A stretch of 64,000 bases of DNA from an uncultured Pseudomonadota bacterium. Its GTDB lineage: Bacteria > Pseudomonadota > Alphaproteobacteria > Rs-D84. The notes beneath the pieces were generated by a model, which saw nothing but the letters and a program-made list of their open reading frames with translations, was not told the origin of the DNA and did not search any database. Numbering within the stretch: position 1 is the stretch's first letter; each line of letters begins with the position of its first letter. The translations under genes were made by a program, and so were the position numbers. Of this stretch, positions 1 to 8,793 are shown piece by piece. The stretch is taken from assembly GCA_902793005.1 (NCBI GenBank), contig CADBBQ010000002.1, forward strand, positions 33,501-97,500, given 5' to 3'.

Positions 1-135
1 GTAATCGAACGCAGTCGACAAACCCAGATCCACGCGGTCTGACGACCGCTTTCGACTTCGCTCAGGATGACAAAACGCGTTTGCGTTTTGTCGGTTTGGC
101 AACAAAAAACAAAAAGAAAGAACGGGAGAAAAACT

Positions 136-1590
136 ATGAGAAAAATATTAAGCCTCATCTTGGGGCTGTTGTGGGCATTGCCTGTGTGGGGTGCGTGCTA
201 TGATTACACATCAGCAACCGGAACTGTCGTGCAAGACGGAACCCCAACACCTACCAATCCAATTTATCCAACATTTTATAAACAGGGTGATATGGTATTA
301 CGCAAAGTTGGCAACATTGCGGATTCTTACGACGCGTCAACGGGTAAAATCACTCGCCGCGTTGGTGAATATATATTTACCGGACGCGAAAGTATTGACG
401 TGCAGTATAATGTTTATGGCGTTACAACCATCCCGTATGATATGAACAAAGTCACCAACGCTTCTTTATGTTCTCATAATAAAACATACATCAACAGCCT
501 GGTAACAAACGACAGAACATTTGATAAGTTTTTATTTTTTACTAATGTGAATAGGGTTGGTTTTGGTGTAAGTGATACACCACCAGAAATTACAGATACA
601 GAGACATTTAAACAATGGCTGGCTGCACAATACGCCGCCGGAACTCCGGTAAAAATTTATTACCCATTGGACACGGAAGTGGTCGAAGATTGGACTGGAA
701 CACGGTGGTGCGATAAAATAGAAATTGCGACTACTAAATACAACGAAACTGCATTCAGTCCGTTGAATACGGCGTTGGCGAATGCGATTTCGGTGGTGGA
801 TACGGTGGTGTCGAACACAATTACTCAGGCGGCGAGCATCGCGACTTTGCAGGCACAAAAGCAAACCCGGCCGAACGACATTGCGGATGACAATGAAAAA
901 TGCCCCGCCGGCAAAAAGTGCCTGCTGGTCGAGGACGCCAGCGGCATCCCCCATTGGTATGAGATTGTGGAAAACGCCTGGGACTTGCCCGTGGGATACA
1001 CACAATTGCAGTATATAGAATCCACCGGGACACAGTATATCGATACGGGGATTATCGCGACAAATTGGGATTGGTCCGTTGAATTTGAAATGTCTGTTCC
1101 ACAAGCTGGTGATATGTTTTTTGGTGCAGGAAGAGGGCTATGGGGTTCTGCAGATTGGGGAGCTCAGTTTGGTTTAGCAAACTCTTCTGGAAATGCGAAT
1201 TGGGGTGCTGGCTCAGGCGGAATGAATGTAGTTATATCTAATTTGGGGGTGAGAACCGATACTTTTTATAACTATAAAATGACCAAAGAAGGATTGTATA
1301 TAAATGGAGAATTAAAATCCCGAAATACTGCTACAGAATCATTCTCAAATTCGGACTTGTCGTTATGGATTTGCAAAACTAATAATCCTGGTGTATCTGG
1401 CTATAACTATAATAGATCAGCTTCTTCTTGGAAATATGTAAGAATATATAATGCTGATAATGCATTGGTGTTTAATGGTGTTCCTGCGAAAAATCCAGAT
1501 GGCAAAATCGGGATGTATGACAAAGTATCGGGTGAGTTCTTTGAAAACAAAGGTACGGGTGATTTTATTGCGGGACCGGTGGCGCAATAA
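136..1590 (+). CDS. Secreted or lipoprotein-like protein. The N-terminal half resembles a phage tail-fibre or receptor-binding protein. The C-terminal domain is Gly/Trp-rich and jelly-roll-like.
   Basis: Long ORF (track 67..1590). The ATG at 136 follows GGGAG. The N-terminus MRKILSLILGLLWALPVWGAC looks like a signal peptide with a lipobox. Motifs GTPTPTNPI and YIESTGTQYIDTG are present. The region upstream of 136 holds a perfect 10-bp hairpin (69-92). Confidence 0.6.
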   Translation: MRKILSLILGLLWALPVWGACYDYTSATGTVVQDGTPTPTNPIYPTFYKQGDMVLRKVGNIADSYDASTGKITRRVGEYIFTGRESIDVQYNVYGVTTIPYDMNKVTNASLCSHNKTYINSLVTNDRTFDKFLFFTNVNRVGFGVSDTPPEITDTETFKQWLAAQYAAGTPVKIYYPLDTEVVEDWTGTRWCDKIEIATTKYNETAFSPLNTALANAISVVDTVVSNTITQAASIATLQAQKQTRPNDIADDNEKCPAGKKCLLVEDASGIPHWYEIVENAWDLPVGYTQLQYIESTGTQYIDTGIIATNWDWSVEFEMSVPQAGDMFFGAGRGLWGSADWGAQFGLANSSGNANWGAGSGGMNVVISNLGVRTDTFYNYKMTKEGLYINGELKSRNTATESFSNSDLSLWICKTNNPGVSGYNYNRSASSWKYVRIYNADNALVFNGVPAKNPDGKIGMYDKVSGEFFENKGTGDFIAGPVAQ

Positions 1591-1675
1591 AATATTTGCA
1601 AATCTGAATTTTGATGTTATAATGCGTGGGCTTTGACAGTTTTGTTTTGTAAAAAATAGTAAAGAAAACAGTTCT

Positions 1676-1752
1676 GGGTGGTTAGCTCAGTTGGCTAGAG
1701 CGTCACGTTGACATCGTGGAGGTCGTTGGTTCGAGCCCAATACCACCCACCA
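1676..1752 (+). tRNA. tRNA-Val (anticodon GAC), CCA encoded
   Basis: The cloverleaf folds by hand: acceptor GGGTGGT/ACCACCC, anticodon loop TTGACAT, T-loop TTCGAGC. Length 77 nt. Confidence 0.9.
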
Positions 1753-1754
1753 CA

Positions 1755-1846
1755 CTTCGCTAAAGCTTCGTGTGGCAGGCCATACTTCGCCAAAGGGCTT
1801 TGGGTGGCAGGTCATATTTCGCCGGGGCTTCGGGTGGCAGACAACA
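1755..1846 (+). repeat. Three tandem ~30-nt copies of the tRNA-trailer element (consensus yTTCGCC-N-GGGCTT-yGGGTGGCAGrc)
   Basis: Direct repeats at 1755-1784, 1785-1816 and 1817-1846, starting right after the tRNA-Val CCA. Related copies lie at 10560, 50799 and 58040. Confidence 0.8.
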
Positions 1847-1912
1847 AGTTTCAAAAATACCGCAATGGCGGTGTTTTTTTATGTTTGGTTGATATGTTTG
1901 ATTTTATGAAAC

Positions 1913-1940
1913 TTGCATATGGGATTTTTTCGGCTATAAT
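1913..1940 (+). promoter_or_regulatory. Sigma70-like promoter for metG (TTGCAT-16-TATAAT)
   Basis: Hexamers at 1913-1918 and 1935-1940, 30 nt upstream of the metG ATG. Confidence 0.45.
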
Positions 1941-1969
1941 CAAATCTGAATAAAAAAGGATTTGGTATA

Positions 1970-3952
1970 ATGGCACAGAAATATTTGATTACATCGGCTT
2001 TACCATATGTGAATGGCGAATTGCATTTGGGACATTTAATTGGATGCTGGTTGCCGTCTGATGTGTATGCGCGTTTTTGTCGCGCGCTGGGCCGCGATGT
2101 GTTATATATTGGTGGTGCCGATGAACACGGAACACCGGCGATTGTTGGCGCAATGCGTGAAAATATGCCTGTATTAGAATATACCAATAAATATTATGAA
2201 AAACAATTGCGGGCGGTGCGGGATTTTAATTTGTCTTTTGATTTATATGGACGCACACACACGGATTTACAAGAAAAATTGATTCACAAATTATTCAATC
2301 GTTTGCAAGACGAGGGACTGATTGAAGAACGCGAAACAATTCAACCGTACAGTGTCGATGACGGTATGTTCTTGGCCGACCGTCAATTAAATGGAACCTG
2401 TCCGAAATGCGGATATGAACGGGCCCGTGGTGACCAATGCGATAATTGCAGTGCGATTTACGAGGCAACCGAATTATTAAATCCGCGTTCGGCTATTTCG
2501 GGGTCAACCAATATTGAAATGCGCAAAACAAAAAATTTGTTCTTTTTGGCGTCTCGCGTCCAAGAAAAATGGCGCAATTGGTTGAAAACTCACGCGCCAA
2601 AATGGTCAAAAACCGCCGCCGCAATTGCAAATGGATGGGCGTCAGATGAATTGATGGATACTTCAATTACTCGCGATTTACCGTGGGGAATTCCGGTAAA
2701 CAAACCCGGATTCGAGGACAAGGTTTTCTATGTTTGGTTTGATGCGCCGTGGGGCTATGTTTCAATATCCCAGGCGGCAACAGACAATTGGGCCGATTGG
2801 TGGAAAAATCCCGATACCCACTATGCGCAATTTATGGGCAAGGATAATGTTAAATTTCACGCCGTATTTTTCCCAGAACAAGAATTGGCAATGGATGACA
2901 ATTGGAAAACAGTTGACCAATTAAAATCTATGAATTTTTTGAATTTTGATGGTGGAAAGTTTTCTAAATCTGAAAATCGTGGAATATTTTTAGACAGTGC
3001 TATTTCCATCGCGCCAAGCGATTGCTGGCGGTATGCGTTGCTGGCATCGGCACCGGAAACAGATGATACCGATTTTACTGTGCAAAAATTTGCGGAAATC
3101 GTGAATAAAGATTTGAACGGTATGTTGGGGAACTTTGTTTCACGCGTTTGCAAACTGACCGAAAAAAATTTTGGATTGACGGTCCCGGCGGCCGGAAAAA
3201 CCTACACCGATTTGGCAGATAAAATAAATGAAAAATTGGCGGATTTGACACGTGCGTTGGATGCTTGCGAATTTCGTGCGGCGATTTTTGCGCTGCGGTC
3301 GATGTATGCGATTGGTAATGAATATATGACGGAAACCGCGCCGTGGGCATTGGTCAAAGAAGGCAAGATGGACGATGCCGCAAATGCGTTGAATAATTGT
3401 TTTCAACTGATTGATTTGTATGCGCGTGTGTCGGCACCTTTTATGCCAACGACCGCAACAAAGATGCAAAATATTTTTGGCGTGACGCACGATTTGTCGT
3501 GGCCAACAAAATTCGAATCCAGAATCGCAAACGGTGAAAAATTTGCCGTGCCGGAAAATCTGTTCGAAAGAATTGACGATGCGCGCGTTGCCGAAATCAA
3601 CGAAAAATATTCGGCGAAACCAAAATCTGTTGCGCCGATTGTCGCGAAAATTTTAGAGGTTAAACCACACCCCAACCGCGAAAATCTGCATATTTTGACG
3701 GTGGATAGTGGCAACGACAAATTGCAAATTGTTTGTGGCGCACCAAATGTGCGTGTGGGATTGGTTGGCGTTCTGGCCCCGGTGGGATGCGTTTTGCCGG
3801 GCACACCTAAGCCTTTGTCGGCGCGTAATGTCGGTGGCGTTAAATCAAACGGTATGATGTGCAGTGCGTGTGAATTAGGCGTGGGTATGGACGCCACAAA
3901 AATTATTGAATTAGATGATACGGTTAAAATTGGTTCTGAATATAAAGGATAA
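1970..3952 (+). CDS. metG: Methionyl-tRNA synthetase with a C-terminal tRNA-binding domain
   Basis: HIGH-type motif ELHLGHL, KMSKS-type motif KFSKS, and a C-terminal KPHPNRENLHILTVD...VCGAPNV tRNA-binding domain. Confidence 0.95.
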   Translation: MAQKYLITSALPYVNGELHLGHLIGCWLPSDVYARFCRALGRDVLYIGGADEHGTPAIVGAMRENMPVLEYTNKYYEKQLRAVRDFNLSFDLYGRTHTDLQEKLIHKLFNRLQDEGLIEERETIQPYSVDDGMFLADRQLNGTCPKCGYERARGDQCDNCSAIYEATELLNPRSAISGSTNIEMRKTKNLFFLASRVQEKWRNWLKTHAPKWSKTAAAIANGWASDELMDTSITRDLPWGIPVNKPGFEDKVFYVWFDAPWGYVSISQAATDNWADWWKNPDTHYAQFMGKDNVKFHAVFFPEQELAMDDNWKTVDQLKSMNFLNFDGGKFSKSENRGIFLDSAISIAPSDCWRYALLASAPETDDTDFTVQKFAEIVNKDLNGMLGNFVSRVCKLTEKNFGLTVPAAGKTYTDLADKINEKLADLTRALDACEFRAAIFALRSMYAIGNEYMTETAPWALVKEGKMDDAANALNNCFQLIDLYARVSAPFMPTTATKMQNIFGVTHDLSWPTKFESRIANGEKFAVPENLFERIDDARVAEINEKYSAKPKSVAPIVAKILEVKPHPNRENLHILTVDSGNDKLQIVCGAPNVRVGLVGVLAPVGCVLPGTPKPLSARNVGGVKSNGMMCSACELGVGMDATKIIELDDTVKIGSEYKG

Positions 3953-3955
3953 AAT

Positions 3956-4306
3956 ATGGGTAAAAAGTTAAGACATAAAATTGAAAATTATTATTCTGTG
4001 CGGGCAACATTGGAAAACGGTCAAAGTGTTATTGTGTCGCAATGGGATGGAAATTTGGATTCTTTGGCGGCGGCCGTAAACAAGTCAACCGGCAATAAAT
4101 GGGAAAAAATTCGCGTGTTAAAATACACCCAATGTGTTGATTTGAATAAGAAAAATGGTTCACCAATTGTTGGTAAAAAACGCGCCTTGTTGAAGATTGA
4201 TAAAATCGGTTGTGGGTCTTTGTGCACCAAGGTTGATGAAAACCTGATGCGGGACGGCGTGATTCCGACAAATATTCGTGCGTTCTTTGGTGAAAATGAA
4301 CGGTAA
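3956..4306 (+). CDS. Hypothetical protein (orphan); C-terminus ends in an FFGENxR motif
   Basis: ORF starts 3 nt after the metG stop. No family recognised. Confidence 0.55.
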   Translation: MGKKLRHKIENYYSVRATLENGQSVIVSQWDGNLDSLAAAVNKSTGNKWEKIRVLKYTQCVDLNKKNGSPIVGKKRALLKIDKIGCGSLCTKVDENLMRDGVIPTNIRAFFGENER

Positions 4307-4336
4307 TATATCATTATAAATTTGGGGGCGTGGCAT

Positions 4337-5029
4337 ATGGCAACAAAATATAAAGCATTGGTTCAAAATGCGGATGGCACAAGAATTTATTTGTTCAATG
4401 GAAAAGATTTTAAAACAAAACTGTTTCTGATTAATCGGATAAAAACCGCGGTCAAAAAACATAAATTAGACGGGTATGAAAAATTCATTCTGGAAGAAAC
4501 CCAATTCTTTGAACGCGGGCCAAACGCAACCATATGGCCGGATGGGCAAAAAAAATTTATCGAATATAATATTGCGCAAATTATGACGGATGAAATTGAT
4601 AATACTTTGGTAAAAAAACGCCCGCGGCGTGAACATGGGGACGTGTCTGTGCGGTATTATTATGAAACACAATATGTATCTGGGGTAAAGCGGAAATATT
4701 TACCGCAAAATGTCAATGCTGCGATATTTGTTGATAAAATTAAAAATGTGGATTTTAATGGCCTGAATTTTGTGCTGTTAACGCGCGAAGCAACAAACCT
4801 GGACGACAGGGTGCAAACTTTTCGGGAAATTATGCTGTATAACCCAGGGTATAAAACATACGATTTGGCAAGTGTTTTTATCGGGTCGAAATATAATAAC
4901 CAACCAAAAGTTCGTCGTATCAATAAACACGATATCCCGTTCACAAAAACTATATTAAATAACTGGGTCGCGGATACAGATAATATTAATCAAAATTTGT
5001 TAAAATTCTTTGGCGAAAATGTGCGATAA
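4337..5029 (+). CDS. Hypothetical protein (orphan); C-terminus ends in an FFGENxR motif
   Basis: ORF track 4322..5029; the first ATG is at 4337. Its 3-prime end overlaps the queH start. Confidence 0.55.
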   Translation: MATKYKALVQNADGTRIYLFNGKDFKTKLFLINRIKTAVKKHKLDGYEKFILEETQFFERGPNATIWPDGQKKFIEYNIAQIMTDEIDNTLVKKRPRREHGDVSVRYYYETQYVSGVKRKYLPQNVNAAIFVDKIKNVDFNGLNFVLLTREATNLDDRVQTFREIMLYNPGYKTYDLASVFIGSKYNNQPKVRRINKHDIPFTKTILNNWVADTDNINQNLLKFFGENVR

Positions 5030-5558
5030 AAAACGATTGGTTTTGATGTCTTGTTGTGCACCGTGCAGCGCGGGTGCAATTCGTCAATTGGCGGACGGCG
5101 CAATACCGGGCGTGGGGGATTTTATCGTTTTGTTTTATAATCCAAATATTTATCCCGATTTAGAATATCAAAAAAGACTCGCCGAACAAATTAAATACTG
5201 TGAAAAACTGGGGGTGAAATACGCGGTCGGCGATTATAACCACGACGCGTGGCGCGAATGTGTGCGTGGGTTAGAGAACGAGCCAGAACGCGGTGCGCGA
5301 TGCAGTAAATGCTTTGCGTTTCGTTTTGCATATGCACGCGAATTTGCCGCACAACACGGATACGATGCCGTTGGGTCTGTGTTTGGTGTGTCGCGTTTCA
5401 AAGACCAGGCTCAGGTTGATGCCGCCGGGCGGGACGCATTGGGCGAAATTATTTATATGCCAATCGATTGGGATTCAACCCTGCGCCAAAAAATCAATCG
5501 TGAATCTGATTTTTACCGGCAAAAATATTGCGGTTGCGAATTTTCCCTGCGCAAATAA
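5019..5558 (+). CDS. queH: Epoxyqueuosine reductase QueH (DUF208)
   Basis: CCAPCS motif near the N-terminus, plus RCSKCF and CGCEFS cysteine motifs typical of QueH. The ATG at 5019 is in frame with the track ORF. Confidence 0.8.
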   Translation: MCDKKRLVLMSCCAPCSAGAIRQLADGAIPGVGDFIVLFYNPNIYPDLEYQKRLAEQIKYCEKLGVKYAVGDYNHDAWRECVRGLENEPERGARCSKCFAFRFAYAREFAAQHGYDAVGSVFGVSRFKDQAQVDAAGRDALGEIIYMPIDWDSTLRQKINRESDFYRQKYCGCEFSLRK

Positions 5559-5606
5559 TAAAAATTTGATTTTTCGCGGATTTTTTCTATAATTCTCTTG
5601 AAAAAT

Positions 5607-6161
5607 ATGGAGTTTTATATGGATTTTAGTTTGGGTGTTGTGTTTGAATATAATATTAAAAAAGGTGCCGTCTGTCAGAAGGGCCGGTTTTCAGATATAT
5701 TTAATCTGCGTGATATTGTGCAAAATTCTTTAAACTATGATTCTTTTGAATTGATTTTAACCAAAACTGTTTTGGCAAAAAAATATGTTCAAGATCAAAA
5801 ACCGGTAGTTTTAGATAGTAAAAAAATTAATATTATTGTTACGGACGAATTAACTTATCCACGTGATATTCGTAAATTCCTGAAACAAAAATATAACAAC
5901 ATATTTGATTTTGATAAATTAAAATTACCAGCAGATGCCCCTGTATATTTTGGTGGTGTTCGAGAAATTGAAGAACTGGGTCAAATAAATCCAAATACTG
6001 GCGACAGGACAACATATACGCGTCGCTATGTTGAATGCCGTAAATTAACAGATAATGATATTGTTGTTGATAAAAATTTACTTAAACATTTACCAGTAAG
6101 CTCAAATTTGGTTCCTTGGCAAATAATCAAGTTTTTAGATACATATATAAACATTCATTAA
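5607..6161 (+). CDS. Hypothetical protein (orphan)
   Basis: ORF track 5598..6161. In-frame ATGs at 5607 and 5619; the latter follows GGAG. Confidence 0.5.
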   Translation: MEFYMDFSLGVVFEYNIKKGAVCQKGRFSDIFNLRDIVQNSLNYDSFELILTKTVLAKKYVQDQKPVVLDSKKINIIVTDELTYPRDIRKFLKQKYNNIFDFDKLKLPADAPVYFGGVREIEELGQINPNTGDRTTYTRRYVECRKLTDNDIVVDKNLLKHLPVSSNLVPWQIIKFLDTYINIH

Positions 6162-6173
6162 AGGATAAAAACT

Positions 6174-7049
6174 ATGTCGTCGATATTTGTATTTCCAGGT
6201 CAGGGCGCACAAATCGTTGGTATGGGTGCGGAACTGTATAAAAACAACGCCGCGGCGCGTGCCACCTTTGATGCGGTGGACGACGCTCTGGGCGAAAAAT
6301 TGACCGATATTATTTTCAATGGTCCGATGGAAGATTTAACACTGACCCGCAATGTGCAACCGGCAATTATGGCGACATCAATTGCAATGTTGCGCGCGGC
6401 GGAATTACCGTTGCCAGAATATGTTGCGGGGCATTCATTGGGTGAATATACCGCGCTTTGTGCGGCGGGTGCCATCAGTTTGACCGACACCGCAAAATTA
6501 TTGCGCGCACGTGGAAATGCAATGCAAACGGCGGTGCCTGTGGGCGCGGGTTTGACATCGGTTGTATTGGGACTGGATATAGATATTGTGCGTGAAATCT
6601 GCAACGAATCCGATGTTGATATTGCAAACGATAATTGCCCAGGCCAAGTTGTGATTTCTGGATTAAAAGAAAATGTTGATGTGGCAAGTGAAAAATTAAA
6701 ATCGGCTGGCGCACGGCGTGTTATGCCCCTTGCGCTTTCTGCGCCGGTGCATTGTCGGGTGCAAGAACCGGCGGCGGCGGCGATGCGTGATGCGTTTGCG
6801 TGTGTGCAAATTCATACGCCACAATCAAAATGGATTTCAAATAAAACCTGTTCGGTGATTGATGACCCGGACGAAATCAAAAATGCGTTGATTTATCAAA
6901 TGACGCATACTGTGCGTTGGCGCGAAAGTGTTTTGGAAATGGTGAATTTGGGTATTACCGATGCCACAGAGATTGGACCAGGAAATGTATTGTCTGGCTT
7001 GATTTCGCGCACAACTGACAAAATAAATGTTAAGAAATTAGAGGATTAA
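6174..7049 (+). CDS. fabD: Malonyl CoA-ACP transacylase
   Basis: FPGQGAQ and GHSLGEY active-site motifs. Confidence 0.95.
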   Translation: MSSIFVFPGQGAQIVGMGAELYKNNAAARATFDAVDDALGEKLTDIIFNGPMEDLTLTRNVQPAIMATSIAMLRAAELPLPEYVAGHSLGEYTALCAAGAISLTDTAKLLRARGNAMQTAVPVGAGLTSVVLGLDIDIVREICNESDVDIANDNCPGQVVISGLKENVDVASEKLKSAGARRVMPLALSAPVHCRVQEPAAAAMRDAFACVQIHTPQSKWISNKTCSVIDDPDEIKNALIYQMTHTVRWRESVLEMVNLGITDATEIGPGNVLSGLISRTTDKINVKKLED

Positions 7050-7052
7050 TTT

Positions 7053-7940
7053 ATGAAACAAGGTTTAAATCAAATATTTCAAGACGATAAAACAAAAACA
7101 TATGAAGTTATCTGGCGCAGTATGTTCAGTGGTCAGGTGGTTGTGCCAAATGCGTCGGATAAACCAATTGATTTTATCGCTTACAGCGGAATAAATATGG
7201 CATATGCACGACAAATCGCATCGTGGTTATATCGTGAATTTAAACGTGATATTTTTATACGAACTGCAAAAAAAAGTGCTTTATTAAAAGCCGAATCTTT
7301 TGAAAAACCGGTTGTTGAAAAAAAGGTTAAAAAAGATGATTTAAACTGGCGTGTGTATAACGCGTATGGCAAACGATACATCGGTAAAGTCGCAGAATTT
7401 AATTACAAATATCAAACCGCGGTTGAATTGCGTGTAAAAAAACGTGGTGCATCCGCAGATGATGTAATTCATTCTGTGCGCAGTTTATTAAAACGATATC
7501 AAACGGTGAAATTAACCACGGCTGATAATGCGGATATATTCGCAAACATCGGCGCAAACTTTGATTTGAGTGTGATTGAATACATTGTAAAAAATAAATT
7601 TGGTTTTAAATCTGAAAGTAAAAAAAGCGTAGAGGAACAAACACCGACACAAAATGCCAATATCGAAAAGTTTATTGCAAAAAATACTGAATATGAAAAC
7701 ACAATTCATATTGACCCGATGGTTTTATCCAAAACATTGACTTTGACAATGAATCCAAAACAAACCGCGGATGCTGCAAAAAAACGCGCACAACAAATGG
7801 CAAACTTGCAATATGTGGCCGTGAAATTGTTAGATTCAAAGGGTAAATTCATATGCAATATATATCCACAAGATGTTGAAAAAATTCGCGCCACACGCAT
7901 TGAAAAAATGAAAGAGTTGGCACACAGAATGGTATACTAA
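7053..7940 (+). CDS. Hypothetical Lys-rich protein inserted between fabD and fabG
   Basis: 295-aa ORF packed tightly between fabD and fabG. No family recognised. Confidence 0.55.
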   Translation: MKQGLNQIFQDDKTKTYEVIWRSMFSGQVVVPNASDKPIDFIAYSGINMAYARQIASWLYREFKRDIFIRTAKKSALLKAESFEKPVVEKKVKKDDLNWRVYNAYGKRYIGKVAEFNYKYQTAVELRVKKRGASADDVIHSVRSLLKRYQTVKLTTADNADIFANIGANFDLSVIEYIVKNKFGFKSESKKSVEEQTPTQNANIEKFIAKNTEYENTIHIDPMVLSKTLTLTMNPKQTADAAKKRAQQMANLQYVAVKLLDSKGKFICNIYPQDVEKIRATRIEKMKELAHRMVY

Positions 7941-7956
7941 AAATATGGAGAAGAAA

Positions 7957-8685
7957 ATGTTTGAATTAAATGACAAAGTTGTTTTGATAACAGGCGCAAC
8001 CGGTGGAATCGGTGGCGCAATTGCAAAACATATGAAAAATGCCGGGGCGACGGTTGTTGTATCGGGACGCAATGTTGCCAAATTAAACTCTGAATTTGAT
8101 GATTCTTATATCAAAATTCCGTGTGATTTGGCGGCGGAAAATGCTGGCGTGGATTTAGTTATGGAAACAATTGAAAAATGCGGACGTGTGGACGTGTTGA
8201 TAAACAATGCCGGAATTACGGCGGATACTTTATTGATGCGTATGACGGACGCACAATTTGATGATGTGATAAACACTAATTTGCGTGCGGCTTTTAAAAC
8301 TTGTCGTGCAGTATTAATGCCAATGATGAAACAAAAATGGGGACGCATTATAAATATGGCGTCTATCGTTGGTGTGGTTGGCGGCGCGGGCCAGGCAAAT
8401 TATGCGGCATCCAAGGGCGCGTTGATTGCGATGACAAAATCTATCGCCGCCGAGGTTGCATCCCGTGGTATTACCGCAAATGCGATTGCACCGGGATTTA
8501 TTAAAACACCGATGACCGATGTTTTGCCCGACGCGTTGAAACAAAAATACCTGGAACAAATACCGGCCGGGCGTTTTGGCGAACCGGACGATATTGCGGC
8601 GGCCTGTGTATTTTTGGCGTCTGACGCGGCGTCATATATCAACGGGCAAACAATTCATATAAACGGCGGTATGGGACGGTTTTAA
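7957..8685 (+). CDS. fabG: 3-oxoacyl-ACP reductase
   Basis: TGATGGIG cofactor motif and YAASKGA (YxxxK). The ATG at 7957 follows GGAGAAG; the track ORF starts at 7945. Confidence 0.9.
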   Translation: MFELNDKVVLITGATGGIGGAIAKHMKNAGATVVVSGRNVAKLNSEFDDSYIKIPCDLAAENAGVDLVMETIEKCGRVDVLINNAGITADTLLMRMTDAQFDDVINTNLRAAFKTCRAVLMPMMKQKWGRIINMASIVGVVGGAGQANYAASKGALIAMTKSIAAEVASRGITANAIAPGFIKTPMTDVLPDALKQKYLEQIPAGRFGEPDDIAAACVFLASDAASYINGQTIHINGGMGRF

Positions 8686-8686
8686 C

Positions 8687-8728
8687 CAAAGTACAAAGTT
8701 CAAAGTACAAAGTTCAAAGTACAAATAT
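8687..8728 (+). repeat. Tandem heptamer repeat CAAAGTW x6 (three 14-nt units)
   Basis: caaagtacaaagtt x2 followed by caaagtacaaatat, directly after the fabG stop. Followed by the GTCCGCC/GGCGGAC hairpin and an inverted copy ttgaactttg at 8765-8774. Confidence 0.85.
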
Positions 8729-8793
8729 CAAATAATGCCGTCCGCCGACGGCGGACACATAAATTGAACTTTGAAAATTAAAAAGGGAACGCA

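Noticed and set aside
8687-8728. Possible CRISPR or minisatellite
   Set aside because: The units are 7 or 14 nt with no spacers, so this is not a CRISPR array. No cas genes are present in the window.
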